Shown piece by piece: positions 26,680-38,361 of a stretch of DNA of 64,000 nucleotides. The notes beneath the pieces are model-generated. The model was not told the DNA's origin. It worked only from the letters and a program-made list of their open reading frames with translations, and made no database searches. Source of the stretch: Thraustochytrium aureum (taxonomy: Eukaryota); NCBI GenBank assembly GCA_012862495.1, contig BLSG01000092.1, positions 15,221-79,220 on the forward strand. The letters run 5' to 3'. Position 1 is the first letter of the stretch. Each line of letters opens with the position of its first letter. Both the position numbers and the translations under genes were made by a program.

Positions 26680-29600
26680 CTAGGCGAGCACCTCCTCGTC
26701 GTCCGAGCAGCTGGGGGCGGGTCTTCGACGTCCTTGAGTGGCGGCGGGCAGCGCTCGCGTTTCTGGGCAGGCGCGGGAGAGCAACCCGCCTGGTTGGTCT
26801 CCTCGGCGCTCGCCTTTCTCTTGCTGAAGAACCGGTCCATTGGACCAGCCTTGCGCTTTGCTTGCGGCTGCGCGCTTAATGAATCAGCACGAAGCTTGCC
26901 TGATTTGCTGGCAGGCTTGGTCTGTTTTGCAGCAGCGCTCTTGTCGGCGGAGTCGCTCAAAGGCTGTTTCCCGCTCGTCGGGGGCTTAGCGGCAGAAGTG
27001 GGCGTTCTAGCGAGCTGCGGCGCTGGCGCGCTTACGCGTTCCGATGGCTGCGGCACTGGCTCCCGAGCTGGGGGCTGCGGTAGGGGCGCAACCTGGACTA
27101 GCTTGGCTCGCTTCTTTGGCCTGACGGCTGCTGCCTCGGTCGCACCAGCGCGCAGAGGCTTGGGCTGCGCATTCACTGGGCTGCTCCTGGGGCGTGAGAT
27201 CTTGGGTGCGGTATCCAGCTCTGTCGTTTCTGCAGGCGCCGCCTCCAGCTCTGCTCTTGGTTCTCCGTCGGCAAGCTTTGCACCAACTTGCGCCCCGAGC
27301 CCGTCGCTGACAAAGCGGTCGACAAGCTCTTCGGTGACGAACCAGCGCGGCTTCAGGTCGCCGTCGCGGCGCTCGCGCCTGGCAATCTGGAGAATCTTCG
27401 CCTTGATCTGCGTCTTTGGCGTCGTGTTGCGCACGCCCTGCTCGCGGCGAGCGTCTGTGCTCTGGATGGCGGAAAAACTCAACGCGAAGCGCTTGGTTTG
27501 CTCCACGTGAAAGGAGTCTACCAGGTGCTTCAGGGTCTTGTCGCTGCCATGCACGGCCTGCACCAAGTGCGCGACCTGGTCTTCCGGGAAAGCAGCGGCA
27601 GCGGCTGCGGCAGCGGCAAGCGCATCCCCCGTGGTTGGCGTCTGCGGGCCGCCGGCCTGATTGGCCAACTTGCGTGCACTCGCTGGCGCGTCCCGCTTGG
27701 CCGATGCGGGGGCTTTCCGCTTGCGCGGCATTAGCTCTGCGCAGATCGCCTCCACAGACGGCGCTTCGAGGGGCAGTGTCGCGTTTGTAAATGCCTCGTC
27801 GTTCGGAAGTGCGTCGATCTCGTACCGCAAGAGGTTTTTCGCCTCCTCGCCCTTCTCCCCCGCCCTGATTTTGAGTTCGTCATAGACGATGCCAACTGCA
27901 TAGCGGCCGCACTCCGCACTCCGCGCTTGGGCCACGCGGCGGCGCTTTTTGTTTTTGGGGGGCGGCCTTCCTCCCCGCACTGGCCCTGAGCGGCGGTAGC
28001 CTCGCCGTCATCGTCCGAATCGTCGTCAACCCCAGAGTCGTACTCCACCTCGTCGTCCTGCATTAGCCAACCGTCCTGGTAGTCGAGGTCCTCGCCGCCT
28101 TCCTCCTCTGCTGCGTTGTCACTGTCCGCGATTGACTCGGCGTCATCAGGGATCTCCTCCCACTCGAGGTCGCTCTCCACCTCGTAGTCGAGCGAGCCGT
28201 CCTTTGCGAGGGGGCGGCAGCCACGGATCACGCCGCTGCGCTTTCGAAACGTGCCAAAGTAGGGCGGTCGCACAGACCCGTGGAACTGCAAGAGCTTCTT
28301 GCGGCACTGGTTTGCTGCAAACGCCTCATTCTGCTCGGCGCCTTTCACCGCGCCGCTGTCGCCGCCGACGTCAAGCAGCGAGGCGCTCTTACTTTCGCGG
28401 CGCGCCCGCCGCAGTTCTTGCAGCTCGGCAGCGTGCTGCTTTGCCGCCGTGCGCATCCTGCTTACAAGCGCAGAGAGAGGGAAGGCTTCGCCGGCGACAA
28501 GCGCGGCCTCCATGGCCTCGCGCCGCACTTGCTCGGGGCTCGATGCTGGCGCAGCCGCGCGCTCGCTCACGGGGCTCAGTTCTGGGTTTTCCGCGACAAT
28601 CTCTGGGTTGCGAGGCTCGCTCTTTTTCGCTTTCTGGAAGAAGCGCGTCAGTGGCGGGCCTGCCTTGGACTTGCGCTTCGCCGCCGACTCGGCCTGGCGC
28701 TTGGCCTCGAGCTGTTCCTCTTTCTTTTGCTTGAGCTCTTCTTTCTCGAGCGACTTGCGGACCTTCTCCTCCGCCTTTTGGCGTGCTAGTTCATCTTCTC
28801 GCATGAGCTTTTGCACCTGTTCGATTTCGCGCGCAGCGCGCGCTTCGACCTTGCCGCCAACATTGCGCCGCAGCGTGCAAAGCAAGCGCGCAGCGGCGCC
28901 AACGCGACGGCCGAGGTGGGCCAGCTGCCGCCTGTTCTCAGCCAGTTTGGCGCCGCAGCCTGGTCCAATAGCGACATATTCGCCACTTCCCAGCGCCAAC
29001 CGCGTCCCTGTCCGTGTCGGCGTTTGAGATTGCTGCTTTGAGCTTGAACCCGTAGGCCTTGCGCTCGAGGATGAGGACGACTCTCTGCTCAATAGCGTCG
29101 CGGTTCTTGCCGGGCATCTGCGGGCACAGCATGTCAACAACCTCTTCGAGCGTGCCCTGTTGGCTCTGAACGTGCTGTGCGATAAACTCTGCCGCCGCAG
29201 TGCCGTCCAAGTCGTTCGTCGTGCCAAACGATTCGAGCCCGCCAGCTGAATGCGCGGGCTTCATGATATCGAGGCCTTCGCGCTTGACCAGCTCGACCTG
29301 CTCGTGCAGTTTTTCAAGCCACTCTGCGTATGTGGCGATGCGCGGGTCCTCGTCAGCGGTGACCACGTTCGTCGACTCGCCGCCAGGAGCCGTGCCGCCA
29401 GGCCCAAGAGCCGTCTTCGGCTTTGGCTTGCTCGCTGCTGCTGCATCGCAGGTCTCGCGGAGCGCAGCCAACTCTGCGGACGCCTTGGCGGGCAAGCCCG
29501 CGAAATACTCCTCGGCAAGCCACCAGCGACGCTGGGCGTCCCCAGGGCGCCGCTCGTTGCAGCACATTTTTGCCATCTGCTCGGCAAGGGTGACCTTCGT

Positions 29601-30178
29601 TAGCCCTGCAAGAGCCTCGTTGTCGCTCGCACGGGCGATTTGGAGAAGCGCATTCTTCTGCAAGCCTTCCACGCAGCCTTCGGCAAGGATTTGGGCGAGC
29701 GGCGCAATTCCCTCTTCTGGAAAAGGCTTTGCGGCTCTGGCGCCTTTGGCGGCTTCTGTGGATTGGGCAGACTCGGCCTCCTCGGGCGTATCCTCTGTCA
29801 CGGCGCTGGCTTTGGTTGCAGACCCTTTCTTGGACTTGCTCGCAGCGTGGGCGGCTTGGCACGATTTGATCAGGGAGGCGACCAGGCTTGACGTTTCCTC
29901 GTCGAGCTTGCCCTCCAGGCCCTCATTGAGCCACCACCGCCGCTGTGTGTCGCCTGCGCGGCGCTCAAGGGTGCACATGGACTGTACGTGCTTCCACAAG
30001 TGTTTTTTACTCAGGCTGGCGAGAGCCTCGCAGCCGCTCTCGCGAACCTTGGCGATGACATCCGGTTTCTGCAGGCCCTCGACACACGCCTGCGCCAGGA
30101 GCTCGGCTAGCGCGACTTTGCTTTCTTCTGATAGCAACTCGCTAGCACCTTCAGTTTCTTCGGGCAGCGTCGGTCCCT
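26680..30178 (-). CDS. CHAF1A: Chromatin assembly factor 1 subunit A (p150/FAS1/Cac1); start lies in the N gap; frameshifted
   Basis: CAF1A core KKLLQFHGSVRPPYFGT..P..D..LDYEVESDLEWEE; acidic ED region; KER coiled coil; FAS1-like ERKAYG..WRWE (alternate frame ~28985); PIP-like LTRFF and MDRFF; C-terminal winged helix (LVQAVHG..KTQIKAKILQIARRE..RWFV). Likely stop at 26680 after a -1 shift (SDDEEVLA*). Confidence 0.9.
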
Positions 30179-30919
30179 NNNNNNNNNNNNNNNNNNNNNN
30201 NNNNNNNNNNNNNNNNNNNNNNNNNNNNNNNNNNNNNNNNNNNNNNNNNNNNNNNNNNNNNNNNNNNNNNNNNNNNNNNNNNNNNNNNNNNNNNNNNNNN
30301 NNNNNNNNNNNNNNNNNNNNNNNNNNNNNNNNNNNNNNNNNNNNNNNNNNNNNNNNNNNNNNNNNNNNNNNNNNNNNNNNNNNNNNNNNNNNNNNNNNNN
30401 NNNNNNNNNNNNNNNNNNNNNNNNNNNNNNNNNNNNNNNNNNNNNNNNNNNNNNNNNNNNNNNNNNNNNNNNNNNNNNNNNNNNNNNNNNNNNNNNNNNN
30501 NNNNNNNNNNNNNNNNNNNNNNNNNNNNNNNNNNNNNNNNNNNNNNNNNNNNNNNNNNNNNNNNNNNNNNNNNNNNNNNNNNNNNNNNNNNNNNNNNNNN
30601 NNNNNNNNNNNNNNNNNNNNNNNNNNNNNNNNNNNNNNNNNNNNNNNNNNNNNNNNNNNNNNNNNNNNNNNNNNNNNNNNNNNNNNNNNNNNNNNNNNNN
30701 NNNNNNNNNNNNNNNNNNNNNNNNNNNNNNNNNNNNNNNNNNNNNNNNNNNNNNNNNNNNNNNNNNNNNNNNNNNNNNNNNNNNNNNNNNNNNNNNNNNN
30801 NNNNNNNNNNNNNNNNNNNNNNNNNNNNNNNNCGCTTTGCTCTGGCGCGGCTTGCGGCGCGGCCTGCCCCGGGGCGCCAGTTTGCCTTTTGCTTCTTCCG
30901 GTTTCTTGGATCTGCGGAA

Positions 30920-32275
30920 ATGGCGGATTTGGCCGGGAATGGCGGCGATGTTCGCCGCGTGAAGCGCGAGTCGGCGGCGCCAGAGCCGGCGGACGTCGCG
31001 ATGGGCGTCGAAGCGACCGCGGGAGACGGCGAGACCGTTGCTGCGGGCGCGTGCGGGTCGAAACGCGTGGACGCGCCCAGGGGCAAGCGAAAGGCAGCCG
31101 CCAAGTGCGCTGCACAGGTGCGAAGTAGCAGCAACAGCAGAAGCAGCAGACCCGTGCGGGCGACGGCGCGGAAGCGGCGGCGGAATGGAAAGCAGGAGGA
31201 AACCGTCCCCAACCCGTCGCTGTTTGTCGGCTACGTGGAGGATGGCGAGACGATAGAGATGATCATGAAGAAGTTTGAGAAACTCGAGGAGATCACCCAG
31301 AAAATGCAGGGGAACGCTCCGGATGCGTCGGCTTGCGCAGACCAGGAGAGCGGCTCCGAGGCCGCTGGAGGGCCTTCCGGCGCGAAGCGCGCTGACGCTC
31401 CTCTGGACGAAGCTACGCTCGCCCAGGTTTTCAAGGAGACCTCGTCTTTCACAGTTGAGTCTGCGACACGCGACTTGCAGGATCTTGGGGAGGCCGAGGA
31501 GCTCGAGGACGACGGCTGGGAGTGGGGGGACGTCCTCACGCACACGAACGAAGACGGCGATACCACTTTTCTTATTGGAGACGGCACGGACGACGACCTC
31601 TGGGAGGAGGTCTTTGGGGTGAAAAAGTCGCTGAAGAAGCGGGCCAAAGGCGGCAGCAACAACGCAAACCAGAACAGAAAAGGCCGAGGGGTAGGCCGCT
31701 TGGCCGAGTCGGTGGGCGTAACCCAAGTGGCCTTTGTCTCTGACATGCGCGGCCGGTTCGTTACGGGCCTGAAAAAAATCCGTAAAGTCGACCCGAACGC
31801 CATCGTGTACCAGCGCATCCCGACTGAGATCAGCAGGTCTTGGGCAAAGACGGTAGCACCCTATCGCCCGCGTGCTGCTCGCCACACTCATACGCGGTGG
31901 CGGCCGGACGCCATCACCTGCGCCGAGGAGACATTTGTCGTTGAACAAGGCAAGCCGCAGAATAGCGCCTCGCACGAGGTGGGGCGGATCCTGCAGAGCG
32001 ACTGGGCTTCCCTTGTCAAGGCTCGCGCGCCATTCGAGGGAATCGTGCTGAGCCCGCCCTGGCGCTGCGCGAGGCTCGCCCTTGCGCAAATGCTTGACGA
32101 GCGCACGCAGGACAAGGACGGGGCGGAGCCGAGCAACCCGAACAACGCGGAGCGCGACGGCATCGAACCCGAGGACCTGTTGCGCCTCAACCTGGGGCAA
32201 CGAGACCTGCTCAAGTGCGGCTTTGTCTACATCTGGACGCCAAAGCACTACATTCTGCGCGTGCTGCGCGCGCTC
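30920..32275 (+). CDS. MT-A70-family adenine methyltransferase-like protein with a degenerate SPPW motif; 3' end in the N gap
   Basis: FEGIVLSPPW (32051-32062) at the DPPW position; then EDLLRLNL..DLLKCGFVYIWTPK, typical of the MT-A70 helix plus G-x-(V/L)-(F/Y)-x-W strand; N-terminal FVGYVEDGETIEMIMKKFEKLE motif. Confidence 0.75.
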
Positions 32276-33154
32276 NNNNNNNNNNNNNNNNNNNNNNNNN
32301 NNNNNNNNNNNNNNNNNNNNNNNNNNNNNNNNNNNNNNNNNNNNNNNNNNNNNNNNNNNNNNNNNNNNNNNNNNNNNNNNNNNNNNNNNNNNNNNNNNNN
32401 NNNNNNNNNNNNNNNNNNNNNNNNNNNNNNNNNNNNNNNNNNNNNNNNNNNNNNNNNNNNNNNNNNNNNNNNNNNNNNNNNNNNNNNNNNNNNNNNNNNN
32501 NNNNNNNNNNNNNNNNNNNNNNNNNNNNNNNNNNNNNNNNNNNNNNNNNNNNNNNNNNNNNNNNNNNNNNNNNNNNNNNNNNNNNNNNNNNNNNNNNNNN
32601 NNNNNNNNNNNNNNNNNNNNNNNNNNNNNNNNNNNNNNNNNNNNNNNNNNNNNNNNNNNNNNNNNNNNNNNNNNNNNNNNNNNNNNNNNNNNNNNNNNNN
32701 NNNNNNNNNNNNNNNNNNNNNNNNNNNNNNNNNNNNNNNNNNNNNNNNNNNNNNNNNNNNNNNNNNNNNNNNNNNNNNNNNNNNNNNNNNNNNNNNNNNN
32801 NNNNNNNNNNNNNNNNNNNNNNNNNNNNNNNNNNNNNNNNNNNNNNNNNNNNNNNNNNNNNNNNNNNNNNNNNNNNNNNNNNNNNNNNNNNNNNNNNNNN
32901 NNNNNNNNNNNNNNNNNNNNNNNNNNNNNNNNNNNNNNNNNNNNNNNNNNNNNNNNNNNNNNNNNNNNNNNNNNNNNNNNNNNNNNNNNNNNNNNNNNNN
33001 NNNNNNNNNNNNNNNNNNNNNNNNNNNNNNNNNNNNNNNNNNNNNNNNNNNNNNNNNNNNNNNNNNNNNNNNNNNNNNNNNNNNNNNNNNNNNNNNNNNN
33101 NNNNNNNNNNNNNNNNNNNNNNNNNNNNNNNNNNNNNNNNNNNNNNNNNNNNNN

Positions 33155-34245
33155 GGCTCTCTGAGCGTCATTGGGATCATGCCTCGGTTCCTCTCGGCAA
33201 CCCAAAAGTGGCGCAACTCCATGGCCGTCCCGGGAATAATTTCTAGCGTGTTGGGGTGCGAGAGGTACGCGATCAGCGTGTGCTCGCCCGGGTCCAAATT
33301 GAAAAACTTGGGATAGTATGCCTCCTCGAAGATTGGCCAGCAAGACTGAAACTCCGTCCCGTCGAGCGAGAGGCAAATGAACGAGTCTTGCATGAGGCGG
33401 CGGAACTCGGTCAGGTTGGCCGAGGTTACGACGGACAGCCGCACTTCGAAAGTGCCAGGCACGGCCATTTCGGCGCCCGGGTATTCCACTCCAACTTGCG
33501 GGGTCGCGATGGTCTCGGTCTGTGGCGCGTCGGGGTCCTCCTCGTCCTCGTCCTCCTCGTCCTCGTCGCCATTCTTGCTGGTTTTCTTCAGCGGCTTGGC
33601 GTCATCCGTGTCGTTCTTGGGCACCATGGTGAAGATCGAGCTGGCCATGCTGTCCTCGAGCAGGAGGTTGCCAGACTCTGGGTCGACCAGCTTGGCCACG
33701 AGCGTGTGCTCGCCCAGGGTCAAGTTGGTGAAGAGCGGGAAGCGCGAGAGTCCGAGCATCGGCCAGCAGCTGTAGGCCGAGTCGTCCATGGAGATGCAGA
33801 TGTTGGAGTAGTTGTACTTTTCCTGGAAGCGGGTCACGTTGACGCAATTTGTGTTGACGTTGAGCCGAACTGCGACCGCTGAGCCAGGAACTTGCGCGCC
33901 GGGGAGAGGGTGGACGACCGTCAAGTTGCCGCTGATATCTTCCCAGGCGACGTTGTCCTCTATCGGATCCGGGGGGGCATTTTGTTTGCCTTGTCCAGCG
34001 CTGTCCCCGGCTGCTCTTTCGTCCTCGTCAAACGTTTCTCTGCCGCCGAGCTGCTCCGCGAGGTCTTCAACAGTGAGCTCGTCTTCGTCGAACTCTACGG
34101 CCCCTTTGGCCGTCTCGCTGGCGTTGTCCACCCCGGCGGCCGCCGTGCACTCGTCTGTGCGGCAGGCCTCCTCGGCGTGCGCCGCGCAGCACAGCGCCGC
34201 CGCCGCCGCCGCAGCAGCGCCGAGGGCCCACGAGGTGATCCTCAT
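33155..34245 (-). CDS. Secreted or surface protein with two tandem ~100-aa beta-sandwich-like repeats; 3' end in gap
   Basis: Signal peptide MRITSWALGAAAAAAALCCAAHA; repeats P..G..VPG..V.L.V..ICISMD..SCWPM..P.F.NL..GEHTL.A.L..P and ICLSLDG..SCWPI..PKFFNLDPGEHTLIAYLSHP; many N-x-S/T sequons. Confidence 0.75.
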
Positions 34246-34276
34246 CCTCCGCCTGCCGGCGCCGACAGGCGACCAG

Positions 34277-34331
34277 GCAGCAAGCAGCAAGCAGCAAGCA
34301 GCAAGCAGCAAGCAGCAAGCAGCAAGCAGCA
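34277..34331. repeat. Heptamer microsatellite (GCAAGCA)n, ~7 copies
   Basis: Direct reading of tandem caagcag units just upstream of the ATG at 34245. Confidence 0.9.
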
Positions 34332-34869
34332 GCTCGGCCAGGCAGAGTAAGCTAGAGCGCGACGAGTCTCCCGGTGCTTTCCTTCCCCGCCGGTGCTCCG
34401 CGCACGCTGTGCTATCCTGGACTGCCTCGTGGGACTCACTCGCGCGACTGTTGCGGAGAACAGCTCTCTGTGCGTTGGTGTACTACGAGCAGTTCTATGT
34501 TCCTGAGCGTTGCGAGGAACAGTTCTTTGGGTGTTGCCGTTGCGCGTTGCCGGTGTGGCATGTCGCGTTGCCGATGTGGCATGTCGGGGCTGCTGCGCAG
34601 CGCCTGCTCGGGCGAGCCACGGCCGCGGTGATGGACGGACTTTAATGGCACGGTCATGAGCGAGTCGTTCGAAGTTGAAGGAGGACGAATCGGCGCCGTG
34701 CGGGGCCGCAAACGGGGCGAATGTGAGGCGAACGAACGGTCCACGGACGTGGAAACAACTCCTTGCGGGGGATCGAGGCAGCCGAGGGTTTATTGAGGGC
34801 TTTTTGGCGCTCTCGCCTGGGTTGGACTTGACGCTGAAACCAGCCTGCGCGGATTCTGCTTCTCTAACT

Positions 34870-35949
34870 CTAGAGGCGCGAAGAAGCATACCGCTCGTAA
34901 GGGACGCGGTCGACAAACTCCGAGTTGACCTGCTCGCGGTCGAGGAGGTCGCGAAGCGCGCGCACGACCGGGCCGGGGCGGCCGTCGCCGACCGAGCGGC
35001 CGTCCAGCCGCACAACAGCGCGCACGGTGCCGCCGCCAAACTCGATGATCTCGTTGGCCTTCAGAGCGTCCTGCATCGTGAGGTCGGAAAACTCGGCCCC
35101 GTTGAGAATCCCACGCGGCATGAGCTGCTGGCGCGCCAAGCTGAAGGCGCGCACCACGGTGGTTGATTTCAGGATGCGATCTGTCTTGGGCGACCGGAGC
35201 ACGCCATCGTCGCCGACGAGGCCGATCGAGCCGATCGCAAACTCGGCGATGAGGCCGTCCGGACCAATTTGAAGGCCCAGCGACTCAGGGCGCCCCGTCT
35301 TCTCCTGCGCCTCCATCGTGCAGAGCGCGTTGATCAGGTAGTTGTTGCTCTTGAGCGTAGCGAGGTACTGGTTCTTGAGCGGCACGGACACCGTGGCCTC
35401 GTGGACGATAAAGCCGTCGTCAGGGCGCGGCAGAGGCGCGCCGGGCGCCGGCGGCTTGCCGTTGGCGTGCACGACGCAGTAAAAGTTGCAAATCTCGAGG
35501 CAGGCAGACGGGGTAATGGCAAAGTCACCGCGGCCGGCCGACATCCAGTACCGAACGTAGACGTCGTCGCGCTTGCCGCTGACAGCGATGGTCGACAGGA
35601 TGATCTCCTTGAGCTTCGCCTTTTGCACGGCCGGGTCGGCCGAGCCGAGCCATGCCGCGCGCGAGACGTCGATGCGGGCTTTGCGCGCCGAGTCGAGCAG
35701 CCTGTCCAGGTGGAAGGACAGCCCGTAGCACATGCCGAGCTTGACGTTGGCTGTGTCAAAAACGGCGTGCCCGCGAGTCACCATGTGGTCGTCCACGGGG
35801 ATCTGGAAAAGCGCCGGGTCGCGGGTCACCCCCCCCAGCACGCTCGAGTAGAAGGCAAACACCTCGTGCTTGCCATTCTTGTTCACGCGCGCGGCGTGCT
35901 GCCGCAGCAGCTTGACGCCGGCCTCGCCGCTCACCACCGGGACAGACAT
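34870..35949 (-). CDS. Class IV PLP aminotransferase, plant-type D-amino-acid transaminase / 4-amino-4-deoxychorismate lyase-like
   Basis: FYSSVLGG..IPVDDHMVTRGHAVFDT, HLDRLLDSA, PLP-lysine LKSNNY, IL..TT, VGDGRPGPV; intact ORF from MSVPVVSG. Confidence 0.9.
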   Translation of the reverse strand: MSVPVVSGEAGVKLLRQHAARVNKNGKHEVFAFYSSVLGGVTRDPALFQIPVDDHMVTRGHAVFDTANVKLGMCYGLSFHLDRLLDSARKARIDVSRAAWLGSADPAVQKAKLKEIILSTIAVSGKRDDVYVRYWMSAGRGDFAITPSACLEICNFYCVVHANGKPPAPGAPLPRPDDGFIVHEATVSVPLKNQYLATLKSNNYLINALCTMEAQEKTGRPESLGLQIGPDGLIAEFAIGSIGLVGDDGVLRSPKTDRILKSTTVVRAFSLARQQLMPRGILNGAEFSDLTMQDALKANEIIEFGGGTVRAVVRLDGRSVGDGRPGPVVRALRDLLDREQVNSEFVDRVPYERYASSRL

Positions 35950-36810
35950 CCCACCACCCTCGCAACGAACCGCCCAGCCGAGCGAGTGCAGAATACGCGT
36001 CAGCGCCTTCGCGCCGCGAAGCCACCCGCCAGCGCAAGCGCTTCGTCCAGACCCGCGTGCCGCAACAGCGCCTCCTCGATGCCGAGCCCGAACGCACCAC
36101 TGCTGCTCGGCGGCCACGACGACATGCAATCAATCAAAAAGACGTCCAGGACACGATGCCGTCCTGTGTCTTCCCACCACTCGATCGATGCACGAGCTCG
36201 ACGAGGCCCTTGCGAGGCATGCAGTGCCGCGGCGAGAGTGTGCTCGAACAACTCACTCGCTGCGTCAAGGTCGGTAGGTAGGTAGGCGCTGCACGGACTC
36301 TGCTCGCGTGGTGCGCTGGCGAGTCGCGACCGCGTCAACCGCGGCGCGCCGGCGCAGCAAGTACATCTTGCTGCACGTGTCCCGGGTCTTCTCGGCGCGT
36401 GGGACGCTCGCTTGTTCGCGCGCGAGCCTCGAGCCTGGCTGAGCGCCCGAAGTCAGACGGGGTGACTTGTGCGAGTGCGATGCGTGAGTTGTGCGTTGGT
36501 GCACCAAGTAAGTACGACGGGGTGAGTTGTGTGTTGGTGCACCAACAATCTGGCCCGCAGCTACTCTGGAGAACGAGTTCTCAGTATACCTACCGTGTAA
36601 AACGGCGTCGAAACCGCTGGGCTGGCCGGCGCATCGCTCGGCCCTGCCCGCGCTTGGACTGGCCACCGGCTGAGTTCGGTTCGCGTTACGGATCATCGAG
36701 CGTAGAGGACGCGCCAGGAACGCGGCGCGAAAGGCCCGTGCTCACAAGTGATCGATCGCCGTTGGCCAACAAAACAAGCCGATGGTTCACGAGATTTTCA
36801 ATTAGTTAAT

Positions 36811-37759
36811 TCAAACACTGGTCGCTGGCAGGCAGCTGCGGACATTGTGCGCCCACTCTTTGGCTCTCAGTCGCGCAAAGCTGTGATAATCTTGCCGTGA
36901 CAGCCGAAAAGCCCGATGCCAAGCCTTCGCAGATCGCCATGGGTCAGGCACTTGCACTTTTTCGATCATGTCGAGCCTTTTGACGATGTCCTTATAGAAC
37001 CTTTCCATCTCGACGCTTTTGAGCTCCCTGCTGGTCTCGCCCGTTCTCGACACGCACCGCCGCTGCCGCCGCTCCTCGATCTGCTTTCGCAACCAGATGA
37101 AACCGTTGAGATTGCTGATGAGTTGCGCAAAATGTACTTCCTGGTAGGATTGTAGTCGCGGAAAGCGGCGAAGATCTTGTCGCGCCAGCCCAAAAGCTCG
37201 TCGCCAACACGTCGATGCTCAGGCTCACTTGCTCTGGCTGATGCATGCGCTTCCTCTCACCCTTGAGGAGGCTTAACATGCTCCAGCTTTTGGAACCTCT
37301 GAACGGCGCGCCAAAAAGTAGAGCGCTCATCCGACGGCAGTTGGCTGAGAACCGCGAGCGCGATGTCTGCTGTTGGGGGCTCTTTGGCGCGCAGGAGCTG
37401 GCGCTCAATCAACTTTCTCTGGCTCGCCGCACTCAGCTCAGCAAAGGCAGTGAGCAGCGAGTCCTCAACGGCGATGGTCTCGAATGGCTTCTCACGCCCA
37501 TTCGTCTCTCTTGAGGCACGTTGGTTTGCGGCTCTTTGGGGCATTCGAGGAGACGCCAGCCTCGTTGACCCTCGCAGGCTTGAAGCAAGCAGGGCTTCTT
37601 GCGCAGCTTTGGCTTCGCTCAGTTCAGCGGAAAGCTTGGCGGTCTTCCGCTCGAGATCCAGGCAGACATCAAAGTACGGCCTGCAGCGGCCCTCCAGCAC
37701 CTGGCTCCCGACCACAGCCTCTTCCTCCACATTGGCGCCAACCGGCACGATCGCCCGGA
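36811..37759 (-). CDS. Hypothetical helical protein (C-terminal part; about three frameshifts; 5' end in gap)
   Basis: Protein-like segments chain across ORFs 37257, 36992, 36966 and 36811 (coiled coil DLERKTAKLSAELSEAK ... MERFYKDIVKRLDMIEK); no family recognised. Confidence 0.55.
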
Positions 37760-38361
37760 NNNNNNNNNNNNNNNNNNNNNNNNNNNNNNNNNNNNNNNNN
37801 NNNNNNNNNNNNNNNNNNNNNNNNNNNNNNNNNNNNNNNNNNNNNNNNNNNNNNNNNNNNNNNNNNNNNNNNNNNNNNNNNNNNNNNNNNNNNNNNNNNN
37901 NNNNNNNNNNNNNNNNNNNNNNNNNNNNNNNNNNNNNNNNNNNNNNNNNNNNNNNNNNNNNNNNNNNNNNNNNNNNNNNNNNNNNNNNNNNNNNNNNNNN
38001 NNNNNNNNNNNNNNNNNNNNNNNNNNNNNNNNNNNNNNNNNNNNNNNNNNNNNNNNNNNNNNNNNNNNNNNNNNNNNNNNNNNNNNNNNNNNNNNNNNNN
38101 NNNNNNNNNNNNNNNNNNNNNNNNNNNNNNNNNNNNNNNNNNNNNNNNNNNNNNNNNNNNNNNNNNNNNNNNNNNNNNNNNNNNNNNNNNNNNNNNNNNN
38201 NNNNNNNNNNNNNNNNNNNNNNNNNNNNNNNNNNNNNNNNNNNNNNNNNNNNNNNNNNNNNNNNNNNNNNNNNNNNNNNNNNNNNNNNNNNNNNNNNNNN
38301 NNNNNNNNNNNNNNNNNNNNNNNNNNNNNNNNNNNNNNNNNNNNNNNNNNNNNNNNNNNNN

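Noticed and set aside
26496..26680. Apparent 3' overlap of the CHAF1A ORF with the RGS gene
   Set aside because: A -1 shift near 26715 gives a natural end (SDDEEVLA*) at 26680, removing the overlap
32063..32110. Possible in-frame intron after SPPW (CTTGAC..ACGCAG), and a similar segment in CHAF1A at ~27438-27507
   Set aside because: Acceptor-like ends are present, but the frame is open and there is no convincing in-phase donor; cannot be supported without RNA-seq
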